64,000 nt of DNA from Candidatus Bathyarchaeia archaeon. GTDB lineage: Archaea; Thermoproteota; Bathyarchaeia; Bathyarchaeales; Bathycorpusculaceae. The notes beneath the pieces were generated by a model. The model had not been told where the DNA came from, did no database searches, and saw nothing but the letters and a program-made list of their open reading frames with translations. Numbering within the stretch: position 1 is the stretch's first letter; each line of letters opens with the position of its first letter. The translations under genes were made by a program, and so were the position numbers. Shown piece by piece: positions 37,350-48,491 of the stretch. The DNA is taken from assembly GCA_049515895.1 (NCBI GenBank), contig JBEKTQ010000015.1, forward strand, positions 1 through 64,000. The letters are read 5' to 3'.

Positions 37350-38693
37350 TTAGCTGCCTAAGCCTAAGGCGACGAATTTGAGTTTCTTGCTGTATTTTTC
37401 GGGGTCGTATATGCGTCTTCCATCTATGAGTATAGGCTGCTTCATGTTCTTAGTATAGTCTTCAGGAGTAAGTTCTTTGAATTCCTTCCATTCAGTGACA
37501 ATAATGGCGCAGTCCGCGTTTTTGATGCAGTCAAGCCCTGAAGCGGCATAGCGGATTTTGCCCTTAAAAATGAATTTTGCTGTTTGCGAGGCGACTGGGT
37601 CGTAGGCTGTTACGTCTGCCCCCTCTTTTAACAGCTGATTTATTATGGGGACAACTCGGGCTTCTCTCATGTCGTCAGTGTTGGGTTTGAATGCCAACCC
37701 TAAGATGGCGATTCTTTTGCCTTCTAAACTGCCGAGTTGCTGTTTGCAGAATTCTACGGCTTTGAGAGGTTGCGTGTGGTTTAAGTTTTCAACTGATTCC
37801 AAAAGATCAGGGGTATAGCCTAAGTTTTTTGAGCATGCCATTAAGGCTCTCACGTCTTTAGGGAGACAGGAACCGCCATAACCTAAGCCCGCATCTAGGA
37901 ATTTGGATCCAATGCGTTTATCTAAACCTATGGCTGCCGCAACCACTTTAACATCCACACCGGGTATTTTTTCGCAAATGTTGGCTATTGTATTGATGAA
38001 GCTGATTTTTGTGGCTAACATGGCGTTGCTCGCGTATTTGATGAGTTCAGCTGTGGACAGGGTCGTTCTGATTAATGGGGGCATTTTGGCGCTGTAGAAG
38101 TCTCGGTATAAATCTTCCACGGCGTCGCCTGATCTTTTGTCATAGGAGCCTATTACGACGCGGTCAGCGTTTAGGGTATCTTCGAATGCGAATCCTTCAC
38201 GTAGAAATTCGGGTTTCATGCATAGGCCAAAATGTGCCCCACAGGATTTGAGCGATTCCTTTTCAAGTATTGGTTTCACGATGTTTTGGGTCGTCCCCGG
38301 AATAACTGTGCTCTTGATTATTGTGATGTGGTAGTTGGTTTTCTTGATAAGCGCTTTGCCGATGTCGTGCGCGGCTAACTCGACGTATTTGAGGTCTATG
38401 CCTCCATCGTTCTTGCTTGGAGTCCCAACCGTGACAAAAGTAAAGTCTGATTCGACGACAACTTTTTCGGTTTGATTAACAACGCATTTCAAATTGCCGC
38501 TCTCAACGCTTGCCTTAAGTTTTTCCTCAAGCCCGGGCTCATGAAAGGGTGGGATTCCTTGATTGATTTTTCTTGCCTTTGCCCTATCTACTTCACAGGC
38601 TGTAACTTTGTAGCCTTTGCTTGAGAAACCCACTGCCGTGCATAAGCCAACGTAACCTGCGCCTATGATGGAGATTTTCGGCTGGTTTTTCAA
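37350..38693 (-). CDS. ugd: UDP-glucose/GDP-mannose 6-dehydrogenase
   Basis: GAGYVG, VGTP, KSTV.PGT, PEFLREG, GYGGSCLPKD, AFKPNTDD. Confidence 0.93.
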   Translation of the reverse strand: MKNQPKISIIGAGYVGLCTAVGFSSKGYKVTACEVDRAKARKINQGIPPFHEPGLEEKLKASVESGNLKCVVNQTEKVVVESDFTFVTVGTPSKNDGGIDLKYVELAAHDIGKALIKKTNYHITIIKSTVIPGTTQNIVKPILEKESLKSCGAHFGLCMKPEFLREGFAFEDTLNADRVVIGSYDKRSGDAVEDLYRDFYSAKMPPLIRTTLSTAELIKYASNAMLATKISFINTIANICEKIPGVDVKVVAAAIGLDKRIGSKFLDAGLGYGGSCLPKDVRALMACSKNLGYTPDLLESVENLNHTQPLKAVEFCKQQLGSLEGKRIAILGLAFKPNTDDMREARVVPIINQLLKEGADVTAYDPVASQTAKFIFKGKIRYAASGLDCIKNADCAIIVTEWKEFKELTPEDYTKNMKQPILIDGRRIYDPEKYSKKLKFVALGLGS

Positions 38694-38787
38694 GAGGTAA
38701 GCCTCGGACGGGCGTTAATTTGAATTTAATAATCAGGTTAAATATATATGGGTTCATACTAAAAGAGAAAGGCAAAGGGCGAGGTCT

Positions 38788-39639
38788 ATGATCCGTAAGG
38801 TTATCGTCCCAGCTGCAGGGTTGGGCACGCGGCTACTTCCAGCCACTAAAGAACAGCCTAAAGAGATGCTGCCGATTTTCACAAAGACACCTCTCGGCGA
38901 TCTGGTGGTGAAGCCTGTCGTGCAACTGGTTTTTGAGCAGTTATATGACGCTGGACTGCGTGAGTTTTGTTATGTTGTCGGCAGAGGTAAACGCGCCATA
39001 GAGGATCATTTTACTCCTGATGAACACTGTATCAAAACGCTGGAAAGCCTAGGGAAAAGCGGGCAAGCTGTTGATCTTAAGAGTTTTTATGACAAGCTTA
39101 ATTCTTCCACGACGATGTGGGTTAATCAACCTGAGCCAAAAGGTTTTGGCAACGCAGTTTTGATGGCTGAACCTTTCGTTGGGAATGAAAGCTGCCTTGT
39201 TCACGCAGGGGACAGTTGCATAATTTCGAAAGATATGGATTATTTGAAAAAGTTGGTTGAAGCTTTTGAGCGGCTGAAGGCGGACGCGGCATTCGTTGTT
39301 TTGGATATTGAGAATCCCAAGAAATATGGGGTTGTTGAAGGTGACGAGGTAGAGCCTGGGATAATTAGTGTTAGGGCAGTGGTTGAGAAACCTGAGAAGC
39401 CCAAGACGCGTTGGGCAATTATAGCCATATACGCTTTTCAGCCTGTAATCTTCAAGGCGTTGGAAAACACAAGGCCGGGAAAGAACGGCGAGATCCAGCT
39501 TACCGACGCAATCCAAAAGCTAGTTGACTGGGGTTTGAAGGTGTACGCTGTAAAGCTTGAAAACAGCTACGGTCATCTGGATATTGGCAGTCCAGAAGGA
39601 TATTGGCAATCTTTGGAACTGTCTCATCGCGTTTTATAG
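38788..39639 (+). CDS. galU: UTP-glucose-1-phosphate uridylyltransferase
   Basis: PAAGLGTRLLPATK..PKEMLP, VEKP, GEIQLTDAI. Confidence 0.92.
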   Translation: MIRKVIVPAAGLGTRLLPATKEQPKEMLPIFTKTPLGDLVVKPVVQLVFEQLYDAGLREFCYVVGRGKRAIEDHFTPDEHCIKTLESLGKSGQAVDLKSFYDKLNSSTTMWVNQPEPKGFGNAVLMAEPFVGNESCLVHAGDSCIISKDMDYLKKLVEAFERLKADAAFVVLDIENPKKYGVVEGDEVEPGIISVRAVVEKPEKPKTRWAIIAIYAFQPVIFKALENTRPGKNGEIQLTDAIQKLVDWGLKVYAVKLENSYGHLDIGSPEGYWQSLELSHRVL

Positions 39640-39794
39640 GAGACCAATTCCTTGTGGATAAAAAATCATGGAAAATCTAGAAGAGATAAAGGCGCGGCTT
39701 AATTCACTTTTTCATTATTGCTGCTTGGTAGTTCTCCCGAAGGTCCACATGACTATTTCAAAGAGTTATTCAAGATTGCAACCTAAAATTTAAA

Positions 39795-40760
39795 TTATGA
39801 TTTACTCACATGTTGCTTGTACCATTCAACAGTTTTTTCTAATCCTTCAGCAAAATCCATTTTAGCCTCAAACCCAAACTCTGCTCTTGCTCTCGTTACA
39901 TCTAAACATCTTCGTGGTTGACCATCTGGTTTAGAAGTATCCCAGATTATTTGGCCCTTGAATCCTGAAATTTTGGCTACAGTGCCTACAAGCTCTTTTA
40001 TCGTTATTTCTTTTCCTGCTCCGAGGTTAACCGGGGCTGGCTTATCATATTTTTCTGCAGCGGTTATAATTCCTTCTGCCGCATCGTCTACGTACAAAAA
40101 TTCCCGTGATGCTGCACCTGTTCCCCAAACCACTACTTTTTCTTCTCCCTTTTCAGTTGCATCTACGAATTTTTTTATAACAGCCGGAATAACATGTGAT
40201 GATTCAGGATTAAAGTTATCACCAGGCCCATAGAGGTTTACAGGGAGTAAATAGATAATGTTCATACCATATTGTTGCCTGTACGCTTGGGCCATCACAA
40301 GAAGTGCTTTCTTAGCAATGCCGTACGGGGCATTTGTTTCCTCAGGATATCCGTTCCACAGATCATCCTCTCTAAATGGTACGGGCGTAAATTTCGGATA
40401 CGCACATACTGTTCCAATTTGAACGAATTTCTTTGCTTTAGAAATTCTAGCGGCTTCTATGAGCTGGGTACCCATCAGGATATTATCGTAAAACAGCGCT
40501 CCAGGATATTTCTGATTATACCCTATCCCGCCTACACGTGCAGCAAGATGAATAACTACGTCAGCGTTTTCCACAACTTTTTGGCAATTATCCCATATTC
40601 TTAAATCGAAATCTCGGCTTCGCGGAATGAAAATTTGATTTGGACGAACCTCCCTTTTGTGAAGTAGATTTTCAACTATATGATTGCCTAAGAATCCAGC
40701 GCCACCTGTTAATAAGATCTTTTTATCCTTCCAAAAGATTGTCAATCTATTTTCCACCAT
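39795..40760 (-). CDS. fcl: GDP-L-fucose synthase
   Basis: [47 protein letters not shown]. Confidence 0.93.
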   Translation of the reverse strand: MVENRLTIFWKDKKILLTGGAGFLGNHIVENLLHKREVRPNQIFIPRSRDFDLRIWDNCQKVVENADVVIHLAARVGGIGYNQKYPGALFYDNILMGTQLIEAARISKAKKFVQIGTVCAYPKFTPVPFREDDLWNGYPEETNAPYGIAKKALLVMAQAYRQQYGMNIIYLLPVNLYGPGDNFNPESSHVIPAVIKKFVDATEKGEEKVVVWGTGAASREFLYVDDAAEGIITAAEKYDKPAPVNLGAGKEITIKELVGTVAKISGFKGQIIWDTSKPDGQPRRCLDVTRARAEFGFEAKMDFAEGLEKTVEWYKQHVSKS

Positions 40761-41785
40761 CGATTTGGAAAGTTTTTACGCAGTATTTTGTCGCCTTCCC
40801 CCATAGGCTTTAATCCGATTTTGCGCATGTCGGCATCAACCATAATCTTGACCAAGTCTTTGAACCGTATCTTGGGTTCCCACCCAAGAACTTTCTTGAT
40901 TTTTCTTGAGTCAGCAGCGAGATCTTCCGTTTCAGTTGGTCTAAAATATTTCTGGTCAGTTTTTACAAATTCTTCCCAGTTCAACCCGGCGTAGCAGAAC
41001 GCTTGTTCGACAAACTCTTGCACAGAATGCTGCTCCCCAGTCCCTACGACGAAATCATCTGCTTTGTCTTGTTGAAGAATTTGCCACATAACTTCAACAT
41101 ATTCTGGAGCAAAGCCCCAGTCTCGCTTAGGTTCAAGATTACCGAGAAATAATGCTTGCTGTTTTTTGGCGACGATATTTGCAATTGCCATAGTAATTTT
41201 TCTGGTAACAAATATTTCACCTCTACGCGGTGATTCATGGTTAAAAAGAATACCATTGCAAGCAAACAGTTTATAGCCCAGCCGATAATTTTTGGTCATC
41301 CAAAAGGCATAAACTTTGGCCGCAGCATAGGGACTTGTTGGAGAAAAGGGTGTATTTTCGTTTTGAGGAGAAGAAGCTCGCCCAAACATTTCACTGCTAG
41401 ACGCTTGATAGTACTTTATGTTATTTCCGCTACGTCTTATTGACTCGAGTATTCTAGTGGAGCCTAGAGCAGTTACGTTTGCGGTATATTCTGGCATACT
41501 GAAACTTACTTTAACATGACTTTGAGCGGCTAAATGATATACTTCCTCAGGTTTGACATTGTAGAGAATATCTGAAACTTGTTCAGAGTCAGATAAATCG
41601 CCATAGTGCAAGAAAAGTCTTGCGTTTAGTTCGTGAGGATCGACATATATATGATTAATTCTTTCTGTGTTAAATGTGCTTGCTCGCCTTATAATTCCAT
41701 GCACTTCATAGTCCTTTGAAAGCAAAAACTCAGCCAAATAAGAACCATCTTGTCCGGTGATTCCCGTAATCAGTGCTTTCTTCAT
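40742..41785 (-). CDS. gmd: GDP-mannose 4,6-dehydratase
   Basis: [40 protein letters not shown]. Confidence 0.97.
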   Translation of the reverse strand: MKKALITGITGQDGSYLAEFLLSKDYEVHGIIRRASTFNTERINHIYVDPHELNARLFLHYGDLSDSEQVSDILYNVKPEEVYHLAAQSHVKVSFSMPEYTANVTALGSTRILESIRRSGNNIKYYQASSSEMFGRASSPQNENTPFSPTSPYAAAKVYAFWMTKNYRLGYKLFACNGILFNHESPRRGEIFVTRKITMAIANIVAKKQQALFLGNLEPKRDWGFAPEYVEVMWQILQQDKADDFVVGTGEQHSVQEFVEQAFCYAGLNWEEFVKTDQKYFRPTETEDLAADSRKIKKVLGWEPKIRFKDLVKIMVDADMRKIGLKPMGEGDKILRKNFPNRWWKID

Positions 41786-41960
41786 TCATGCTCACTGTCT
41801 TAAGATTTGTCCTTCGGGTTATTTTAACATTGTATAAATGGGATTTGTGAGGTTATGAAGTTTCAGAAAAAGGCTTTCAGTAAATTTTTGAGGAACAGTA
41901 AATCTATCTTAGTTATCAATTAGAAAAATATTTTCCGCAAATTACCAGAAATTTTCAATT

Positions 41961-43124
41961 TTAACAATTAGCTAATGTTCCTTTTAGAAAAGAAATAATT
42001 TTATCCACTTCAGGAATTGTCAAGTCTGGATAAATTGGAAGACACAAAATTCCATTTGATATTTTGCATGAATTTATTAATCGATATTCATTAACCAAAT
42101 CATCTTTATTTCCTTTAAAATAATCAAAGTCAACAGTAAGAGGGAAGAAATACTTCCTCGATTTGATTTGATGCTTGAGAAGCACTGAATAGATTTTGTC
42201 TCTCTTTTCCTTGCTTTCAAAACAAACAGGCATGTAACTGTAATTGTATTTTGAAGAGATAATCTTCTGGAATTTTATGCCGCTTAGCCGCGACAATTCT
42301 TCGACATAATGTTCGTAAAGCAGTCGTCTGCGCCCAATTGCTCCCTCAACAGTTTCGAGATTACACAAACCCATTGCAGCTTGAAACTCACTCATCTTAG
42401 CATTAGTACCAGGAAGAACAACCTCTTCCTCAGACTTGATACCATGATTTCTCATAAGAATTAGCGTTTCAAATATTTTTTCTTCTTTAGCAACAACCGC
42501 ACCGCCCTCAATCGTATTAAAAACTTTGGTAGCATGAAAACTCAATGTCGAAGCGTCACCAAAGTCGGTTATAGGCTGATTCTCGTACTCGACTCCAAAG
42601 GCATGAGCAGCGTCGTAAATGATTTTTAAGTTATGTTTATCTGCAATTTCTTGCAAGTGATTTACATAACAAGGATTACCATAAACATGGACAGGAAGTA
42701 TAGCCGTAGTCTTATTAGTTATTTTCTTTTCCACATCAATTGGGTCAATATTGTAGGTTGTTGGATCTATATCTGCAAAAACGGGAGTTAATCCTTCCCA
42801 TAGCAAAACATTTGTAGTTGCAGCAAACGTAAAGGGAGTTGTAATAACTTCACCTTTGATGCCAAATGCTTTCAACGCAGTGTGAAGAGTCAGAGTACCA
42901 TTCGACATGAGCACTAGGTTTTTGACCTTTAGATAATCTTCTAATTTTCTCCTAAGTAATTGTACAAACTCACCGTCGTTTGTCAACCAACAATTGGCCC
43001 ATATTTTTCTCAAGTAATAAATATATTTATCGATAGGCGGCAAATCAGTTCTAGTCACATTTATTAACGGAGACCCGACCTGTTTTTTTGGTTCGATAGA
43101 TTTCGCTTCGCCGTTATTGATCAA
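41961..43124 (-). CDS. DegT/DnrJ sugar aminotransferase (VioA-like)
   Basis: ITTPFTFAAT, PVHVYGNP, YDAAHAFG, SFHATKVFNTIEGG. Confidence 0.93.
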   Translation of the reverse strand: MINNGEAKSIEPKKQVGSPLINVTRTDLPPIDKYIYYLRKIWANCWLTNDGEFVQLLRRKLEDYLKVKNLVLMSNGTLTLHTALKAFGIKGEVITTPFTFAATTNVLLWEGLTPVFADIDPTTYNIDPIDVEKKITNKTTAILPVHVYGNPCYVNHLQEIADKHNLKIIYDAAHAFGVEYENQPITDFGDASTLSFHATKVFNTIEGGAVVAKEEKIFETLILMRNHGIKSEEEVVLPGTNAKMSEFQAAMGLCNLETVEGAIGRRRLLYEHYVEELSRLSGIKFQKIISSKYNYSYMPVCFESKEKRDKIYSVLLKHQIKSRKYFFPLTVDFDYFKGNKDDLVNEYRLINSCKISNGILCLPIYPDLTIPEVDKIISFLKGTLANC

Positions 43125-43677
43125 AAAACGAATCTCCCTTCATTGCTTCAACCGTGTAATGAATAGGCATAAGATCCCGTTTCGGGGTGGGAAGGGATTT
43201 TATTTTTACACTTGAAAATTCTGAAAGCAACGTCCTTAAGCCATATTCGCTAAAACGCCAGCAATCAGGCAACGGACCATGAATCCGAAAATTAAAAGGG
43301 ACCGTTAAAAGCAAAATACCCCCTGGCTTCAATAATCTCAAAATTTCTTTGATCGCTGAAAAAGGATTCAAAGTATGTTCTATAACTTCCGTGCAAACTA
43401 CTACATCGAACTTTCCATCAGGCATAAATCTATTGTATTTGGTAATATCGGCAATATACTTTGCCCCTGAATTTGGGTCAATATCCAGGGTCTCAATTTT
43501 GGCTTTTTTAAAATAAGCCTTTGCACCCTCGTGAATCTGTGGAGCAATATCTAAAACCAAACGTTCTGGAGAATCATATTTTTCAGCAGCAACTATTAAA
43601 AATCTACTTATGTTATTCCGAATTTTAGTATAACATTCTCGGTCGAATTTGCTCACTACGGCGCGCTTAGTATTCAT
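43114..43677 (-). CDS. Class I SAM methyltransferase (type 11-like)
   Basis: FDVVVCTEVIEH, LLKPGG, HGPLPDCWRF. Confidence 0.85.
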   Translation of the reverse strand: MNTKRAVVSKFDRECYTKIRNNISRFLIVAAEKYDSPERLVLDIAPQIHEGAKAYFKKAKIETLDIDPNSGAKYIADITKYNRFMPDGKFDVVVCTEVIEHTLNPFSAIKEILRLLKPGGILLLTVPFNFRIHGPLPDCWRFSEYGLRTLLSEFSSVKIKSLPTPKRDLMPIHYTVEAMKGDSFFDQ

Positions 43678-44967
43678 TTAAACCCGCTCGTCAAACAATA
43701 ATTCAATCATGCTACAATCGAAAGTAGGTATTTTAAGTTTAGAAAAAACTGATTTGCGCTCGGAAAAACTGTCATCAATGAAAATTGCATCTTCTGGGTC
43801 AATAAAATCTGCTTTAGATTCATTCTTACGAAGCCAAATAACTTCATCGAAAATATTTCCAAGTCGCCATTTCTTGAGGGTAGGACCAAGTTTGTCAGCA
43901 GATTTTGTTATTAAGATAATTTTGCAACCTTTATTAATTGCTTGAAACAAAAAACTGATTAGACAAGTATTCACTTTGTCGTCAATAATTAAAGTGTCAT
44001 CCAAATCGACGTACACCTTGTTGTATCGGATATTGTGCTTGTATCTATTAATTAAGGCGCGATCGATTTCAAGATCATAACTATTTGCCATTATCTCTAT
44101 GTTCAAGGCTTCTGCTTCATAAATACTTAACAACGGGAAATTGACGCCCAATACCCTGTTCGTTGCCATAGTTCCACTAATTCTTGGAGCGATTTCAAGC
44201 AATTTTACGATTCCCGAATTTGAAATCTTCAATTGAAAGAACCAAGCACCATGAAATTCCAATTCCTTTGAAATGATATTTGCAATTTTTTGAAATTCCA
44301 TATTGGTCTTGTTATCTATCGGTTTGCTATTCATCGATATTCCTGCTTTGATTCGGACTCTTTCTCTGCCTCTGCAGAAAAGTAGACCTTTCCGTCTATC
44401 CGTGAAACAATCTACCGTGTATTCTTTACCAGGGAGATATTCTAAAATCAATAAATCCGGGGTATTTTCCAAAATCATTTCAAGAGCTTTTGGATTTTCT
44501 ACTTTAGAAGCATCTTGGGAGCCTTGACCTCTGTCAGGTTTTACGAATACAGGGAAATCGGTAACATCAGAAGGGTCATTAAAAACCTTGGGAACAGGTA
44601 ACAAGTCTTTGAATTTTTCGTAAGTCCTGGATTTATATCTACATATCAAACAAGTTTCTAAAGGAGAAGAAATTATTCTTGCTTTAATATTTTTACTGTT
44701 TTGAACCAAAGCTAAAATTATATCATCGTAAGCTGGAAATAAATAGTCTATTTTGTACTTTTCTGTTAAATCATTTAAAGTTCTAATCCATGCGCCCTCG
44801 TAAATACTAGGAATTATGAAATGATTATTAAAAACAAATGAAGCATGATTTGATACATCGCTCCCTGCCGAATAAAGCTGAACGTCTTTACAGAACTGAA
44901 GAGATTTGTGTATTTCTAATCCGATTTCAGAGCCACCCGGAAATATTAACACGTTTTTCTTGTCCAA
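43678..44967 (-). CDS. ATP-grasp protein with C-terminal HAD-like domain
   Basis: FPVFVKPDRGQGS, EYLPGKEYTVD, LLEIAPR; YVDLDDTL...IFIDDS. Confidence 0.85.
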   Translation of the reverse strand: MDKKNVLIFPGGSEIGLEIHKSLQFCKDVQLYSAGSDVSNHASFVFNNHFIIPSIYEGAWIRTLNDLTEKYKIDYLFPAYDDIILALVQNSKNIKARIISSPLETCLICRYKSRTYEKFKDLLPVPKVFNDPSDVTDFPVFVKPDRGQGSQDASKVENPKALEMILENTPDLLILEYLPGKEYTVDCFTDRRKGLLFCRGRERVRIKAGISMNSKPIDNKTNMEFQKIANIISKELEFHGAWFFQLKISNSGIVKLLEIAPRISGTMATNRVLGVNFPLLSIYEAEALNIEIMANSYDLEIDRALINRYKHNIRYNKVYVDLDDTLIIDDKVNTCLISFLFQAINKGCKIILITKSADKLGPTLKKWRLGNIFDEVIWLRKNESKADFIDPEDAIFIDDSFSERKSVFSKLKIPTFDCSMIELLFDERV

Positions 44968-45021
44968 AGTCTAACGCCTCAAGATAGTGACCAAAGAAAC
45001 CAAAGCACGATTTTTTGTACG

Positions 45022-46185
45022 CTACTTATAAGTGTAGTCTCCTTTTAAGAAAGATTTTAGATTCTTTAGGTATTCGTTATATTCATAGTGTTTATGACAA
45101 AGTTCAAATTGCTCACTTTGATAATCTTTGTAATTTTCTTCATTATCAAGATACTTTAGGTCAAAACCAATTTTCTCAATCAGAGCATCGTAATCACCGT
45201 AAACGGTTCGGAGCGATCTAAAATCTTCCGTAAAAAAGGACGGATTATAAACGCTAAAGCTAATTCCGCCACTAAATATGGGTTCAACAAAATAACCATC
45301 TAAACCTTCGCCGAAGGTCAAAGCCCATTTTGCCTTTGAAATAGTTGCTTTGTACTCTTGGTAGGTCATTTTACGGATTGTTTGAAGTTTAAGATGGGGA
45401 AATTGCCGTGCAATCAGATTAAGTACTTCGGATCTCCGTGGGTGCAAATCGGGTGAAATTATCATCAAGTTTTCTTTTTCACAGTAATTTTTAAAATGAT
45501 ATTTCTCTGGACTTACAAAAACTGATAGACCATGCAAAGGAAAACCGAGTTTATTCCTGAGCTCAATTGTGGAATATTTTGAATGACCCGTAGTGCAAGT
45601 CAATTTTCCAAATCGACCTAATTTCTCTATGTATTTCATGGAGGGCAGAGAGTCTATATTTTGAATCATTATGTTAATTTGAATATTTTTTATTCGTTTT
45701 AAACTAAGATAGTCATTACGAGAAAGACTTAACAAGAATTTAGGGATTGCGTGTTCAGGAATATGCAGTTGTAAGTTTTCAAGTTTGTCAAAATAAGTTA
45801 ACACTTGTGAAAAGCTGAACATGATATTATCATTTTCAAATTTAGAATATTTCAGTAATGGGGGATCGCACGGATAATTGCACAGAAGAGTTTCAGCATT
45901 GTGTATATGTTTAAGTTTATTGGTTTCTTCGAAAATTGATGAAATCGACAAAATACCTCCATTCACTATATCAAGCCCTGGTGCCAAAAAAATAATCAGT
46001 CTCTTAGTGTTTTTGCTATAATTAGTCTCCAGCAATTGCTTTTGATTCGCACGTACTCTGCGAGCCCTCGGTGAAAGCGAAAAGACCCGCCCATTAATCA
46101 AATCAACAATTTCAATAACTGGTTGCGTCAATTTCACCGGAATCCGTGGAAACCAGTCCCTTAGATAGTCTCTTGCGCTTTTCAT
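45022..46185 (-). CDS. Hypothetical glycan-locus protein (possible GT-B-like)
   Basis: 387-aa ORF with NGGILSI and LTFGEGLDGYFVE; assignment from context only. Confidence 0.6.
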   Translation of the reverse strand: MKSARDYLRDWFPRIPVKLTQPVIEIVDLINGRVFSLSPRARRVRANQKQLLETNYSKNTKRLIIFLAPGLDIVNGGILSISSIFEETNKLKHIHNAETLLCNYPCDPPLLKYSKFENDNIMFSFSQVLTYFDKLENLQLHIPEHAIPKFLLSLSRNDYLSLKRIKNIQINIMIQNIDSLPSMKYIEKLGRFGKLTCTTGHSKYSTIELRNKLGFPLHGLSVFVSPEKYHFKNYCEKENLMIISPDLHPRRSEVLNLIARQFPHLKLQTIRKMTYQEYKATISKAKWALTFGEGLDGYFVEPIFSGGISFSVYNPSFFTEDFRSLRTVYGDYDALIEKIGFDLKYLDNEENYKDYQSEQFELCHKHYEYNEYLKNLKSFLKGDYTYK

Positions 46186-46534
46186 TGCGTTTTACTCTTT
46201 TTCCAAATATTTATTATTCATTTTGCAACAAACAGATATAATAATACTTTGCGAGAAAAAAATCAATTGCTGGATAGTACCTGTAAGGGCCTCAATAATC
46301 CTGCCCGTAGGTCAATCAGTTTATCATATCTGTTTTCAACCAAATGTGAGTTGAAGTATAAAATACTGAGTTGGGTTTAAGCAGGCAGAACAATTTGTCC
46401 TAATAAACGGAAGGCTTAGAATGATAGGAAAAAGTCCCATAGCGACGTTATGGGTTAATGTATTTATTAAGAAAGCTGAAGAAAAGCAAGACTTGAAAGT
46501 GAGAAAGCATGGAGGAAAATCTGGTACAATTACT

Positions 46535-47343
46535 TTAAGGATTTGTTGGATTTTGGATTGGTTGTTTGCAGATTGAAAGGAACCCGAAGGAATAATCGTC
46601 TTCTGCAGTGATAAAGTTTGAAAGAGATAAATTGGGAACTTTTTTGTCTCTGCTTTCTTTCTGCCTGACACCTTTGTATATAATGTCTTGCCCCAACATG
46701 GTTACATTTCGAAAGTAATGTTTCAAAAGCCGTTCCGTTCAAATTCTTCCCGTTGTAATTCCCCAATGTGGAAAGGATTAAATGACCACAATGCAGTTCT
46801 TTTTCCGTTTGGACAACCTATATATGCTGTTCTATTTGGATTAAGCACTCTCGCAATCTCCGCCATGAATCTGTGTTGGCATAGTTCATTCATGTGCTCC
46901 AAGACGTCGAAACTAATGACAGCATCGAAAGCACCTGAATCGAAATCAAGTTTTGTAACATCCATCTCTTTAAACTTTAGATTTGGAGTTTTAAAATTTT
47001 TCAAATCATATTCTATAGCCACTCTAGATATATCTACGCCGATAATCGATTTTGCGCCGCTCACAGCAAGATGATGGGTTCCGTATCCAGCACCACAACC
47101 TGCATCTAAGCAGACACAGTCACTTACATAAGGAAGAACCCATTGGTATCTGTGAACATGTGCCAATACCACGAAATCATGACTCGCACACGCCGACTGC
47201 CATTTTTCAATAACAAGACGTTCATCATCACCGCTTACTCTCATGTTTTGAATAAAATGAGGCAGAGAAGGCAGTTTGGTAATAAGTTGAACTGGATGCT
47301 TAAGACCCCACATCAACAGGTCAAATTTGCTCATGCAATTCAC
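46535..47343 (-). pseudogene. SAM methyltransferase frameshifted by a 5-bp duplication
   Basis: HVHRY, LDAGCGAGYG, FDVLEH, NPFHIGE; frame breaks at GAACG-GAACG (46731-46740) and resumes in the 46535..46726 ORF. Confidence 0.8.
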
Positions 47344-47459
47344 TAACCTCAGTTTTCACGGGTAATTGTTAAAATAGCTTTTGTTAGTTTAGAGGGTGCT
47401 AATAAACGTTAACTAATCTCAGTAAACTCAACAATAATAACTTGAAGAGTAGTTAAATG

Positions 47460-48479
47460 TCATGCCGTTAGGAACAAATAAGAAAGTCTAGTCTTAACCA
47501 TTTTGGTCGTAATTGTTTTGTCGTTAACTACACGATTTTTTTGCAATATTTGTCTTCGGCTTAAAATATATTTGTAGTTCTTGATAATCCAACAAAAAGC
47601 ATTTAGAATTGCAATTGATCTTTGGGTATCATTAAGTGAAAAAAACAAGAAGCCGCATATTTCTATGCTTGCAAGTTTTGGCAGGTTTCTAGCAATGTTC
47701 AATTTTTCATAATTAGTTAGCAATATAGCAAATCTATTTTTGGTCTGATGAAAAACAAAAAAAGGAATCACCCCGTCCTTATGTGTTATTCCGCCTCTTG
47801 CGTGAAAGGAGAGAGCCAAATTGCTTACAACTAATTTATAGCCCTTCATACGCAAACGCCAAGACAAATCCAAATCTTCACAATAAAAAACGAATGAACT
47901 ATCAAAAAGCTGTGAGCCCATTTTCACTTCATCAATGGTTTTTTTCTTTATAAGAAACGCTGCACCATCTGCATAAAATATTTCTTCAAATAAACTGTAG
48001 TTTTCTTTATCCTTGAGGCCATTATTTTTAAGGTATGAAAAGCCTAAATTATCTACTTCACCACCGAGACTATCTATAATTGTGGGTTTTGTAAGCTGCA
48101 TCAATTTACTCTGAACGGCACCGATTGAATTGTCTGTTTCTGCAATAGATACCAAATGCTTCAAACAATTTTCGTCAACAACAACATCAGGATTTAAGAA
48201 AAATAAGTATTCAGCTTTTGGATTTACAAAACATAAACTTCTGTTATATCCCTCCGCGTATCCAAAATTTTCAGCATTTGAGAAAAATTTTATTCGAGCA
48301 TCATATGAAAACAAAAGCTTTGCATTAACAAAACTGTTATCGGTGGAGCAATTGTCCAACAAAATGACTTCAAATGCTGGGTAGGACAATTTAAGAACAG
48401 AAGAAAGACAGCCCGCCAAATATTTATCACCGTTAAAATTGAGAATTATTATAGAAACATATGGCATGCTTCTTAGCAT
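47460..48479 (-). CDS. GT2 glycosyltransferase (WbbL/rhamnosyltransferase-like)
   Basis: VSIIILNFNG, DNCSTD, FLNPD, YCEDLDLSWR. Confidence 0.9.
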   Translation of the reverse strand: MLRSMPYVSIIILNFNGDKYLAGCLSSVLKLSYPAFEVILLDNCSTDNSFVNAKLLFSYDARIKFFSNAENFGYAEGYNRSLCFVNPKAEYLFFLNPDVVVDENCLKHLVSIAETDNSIGAVQSKLMQLTKPTIIDSLGGEVDNLGFSYLKNNGLKDKENYSLFEEIFYADGAAFLIKKKTIDEVKMGSQLFDSSFVFYCEDLDLSWRLRMKGYKLVVSNLALSFHARGGITHKDGVIPFFVFHQTKNRFAILLTNYEKLNIARNLPKLASIEICGFLFFSLNDTQRSIAILNAFCWIIKNYKYILSRRQILQKNRVVNDKTITTKMVKTRLSYLFLTA

Positions 48480-48491
48480 ATAAAGTAACTC

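Noticed and set aside
38205-38225. Ugd motif reads KPEFLREG rather than NPEFLREG
   Set aside because: This is a single-base difference with the catalytic GGSCLPKD intact; it cannot be distinguished from a tolerated variant or sequencing error.
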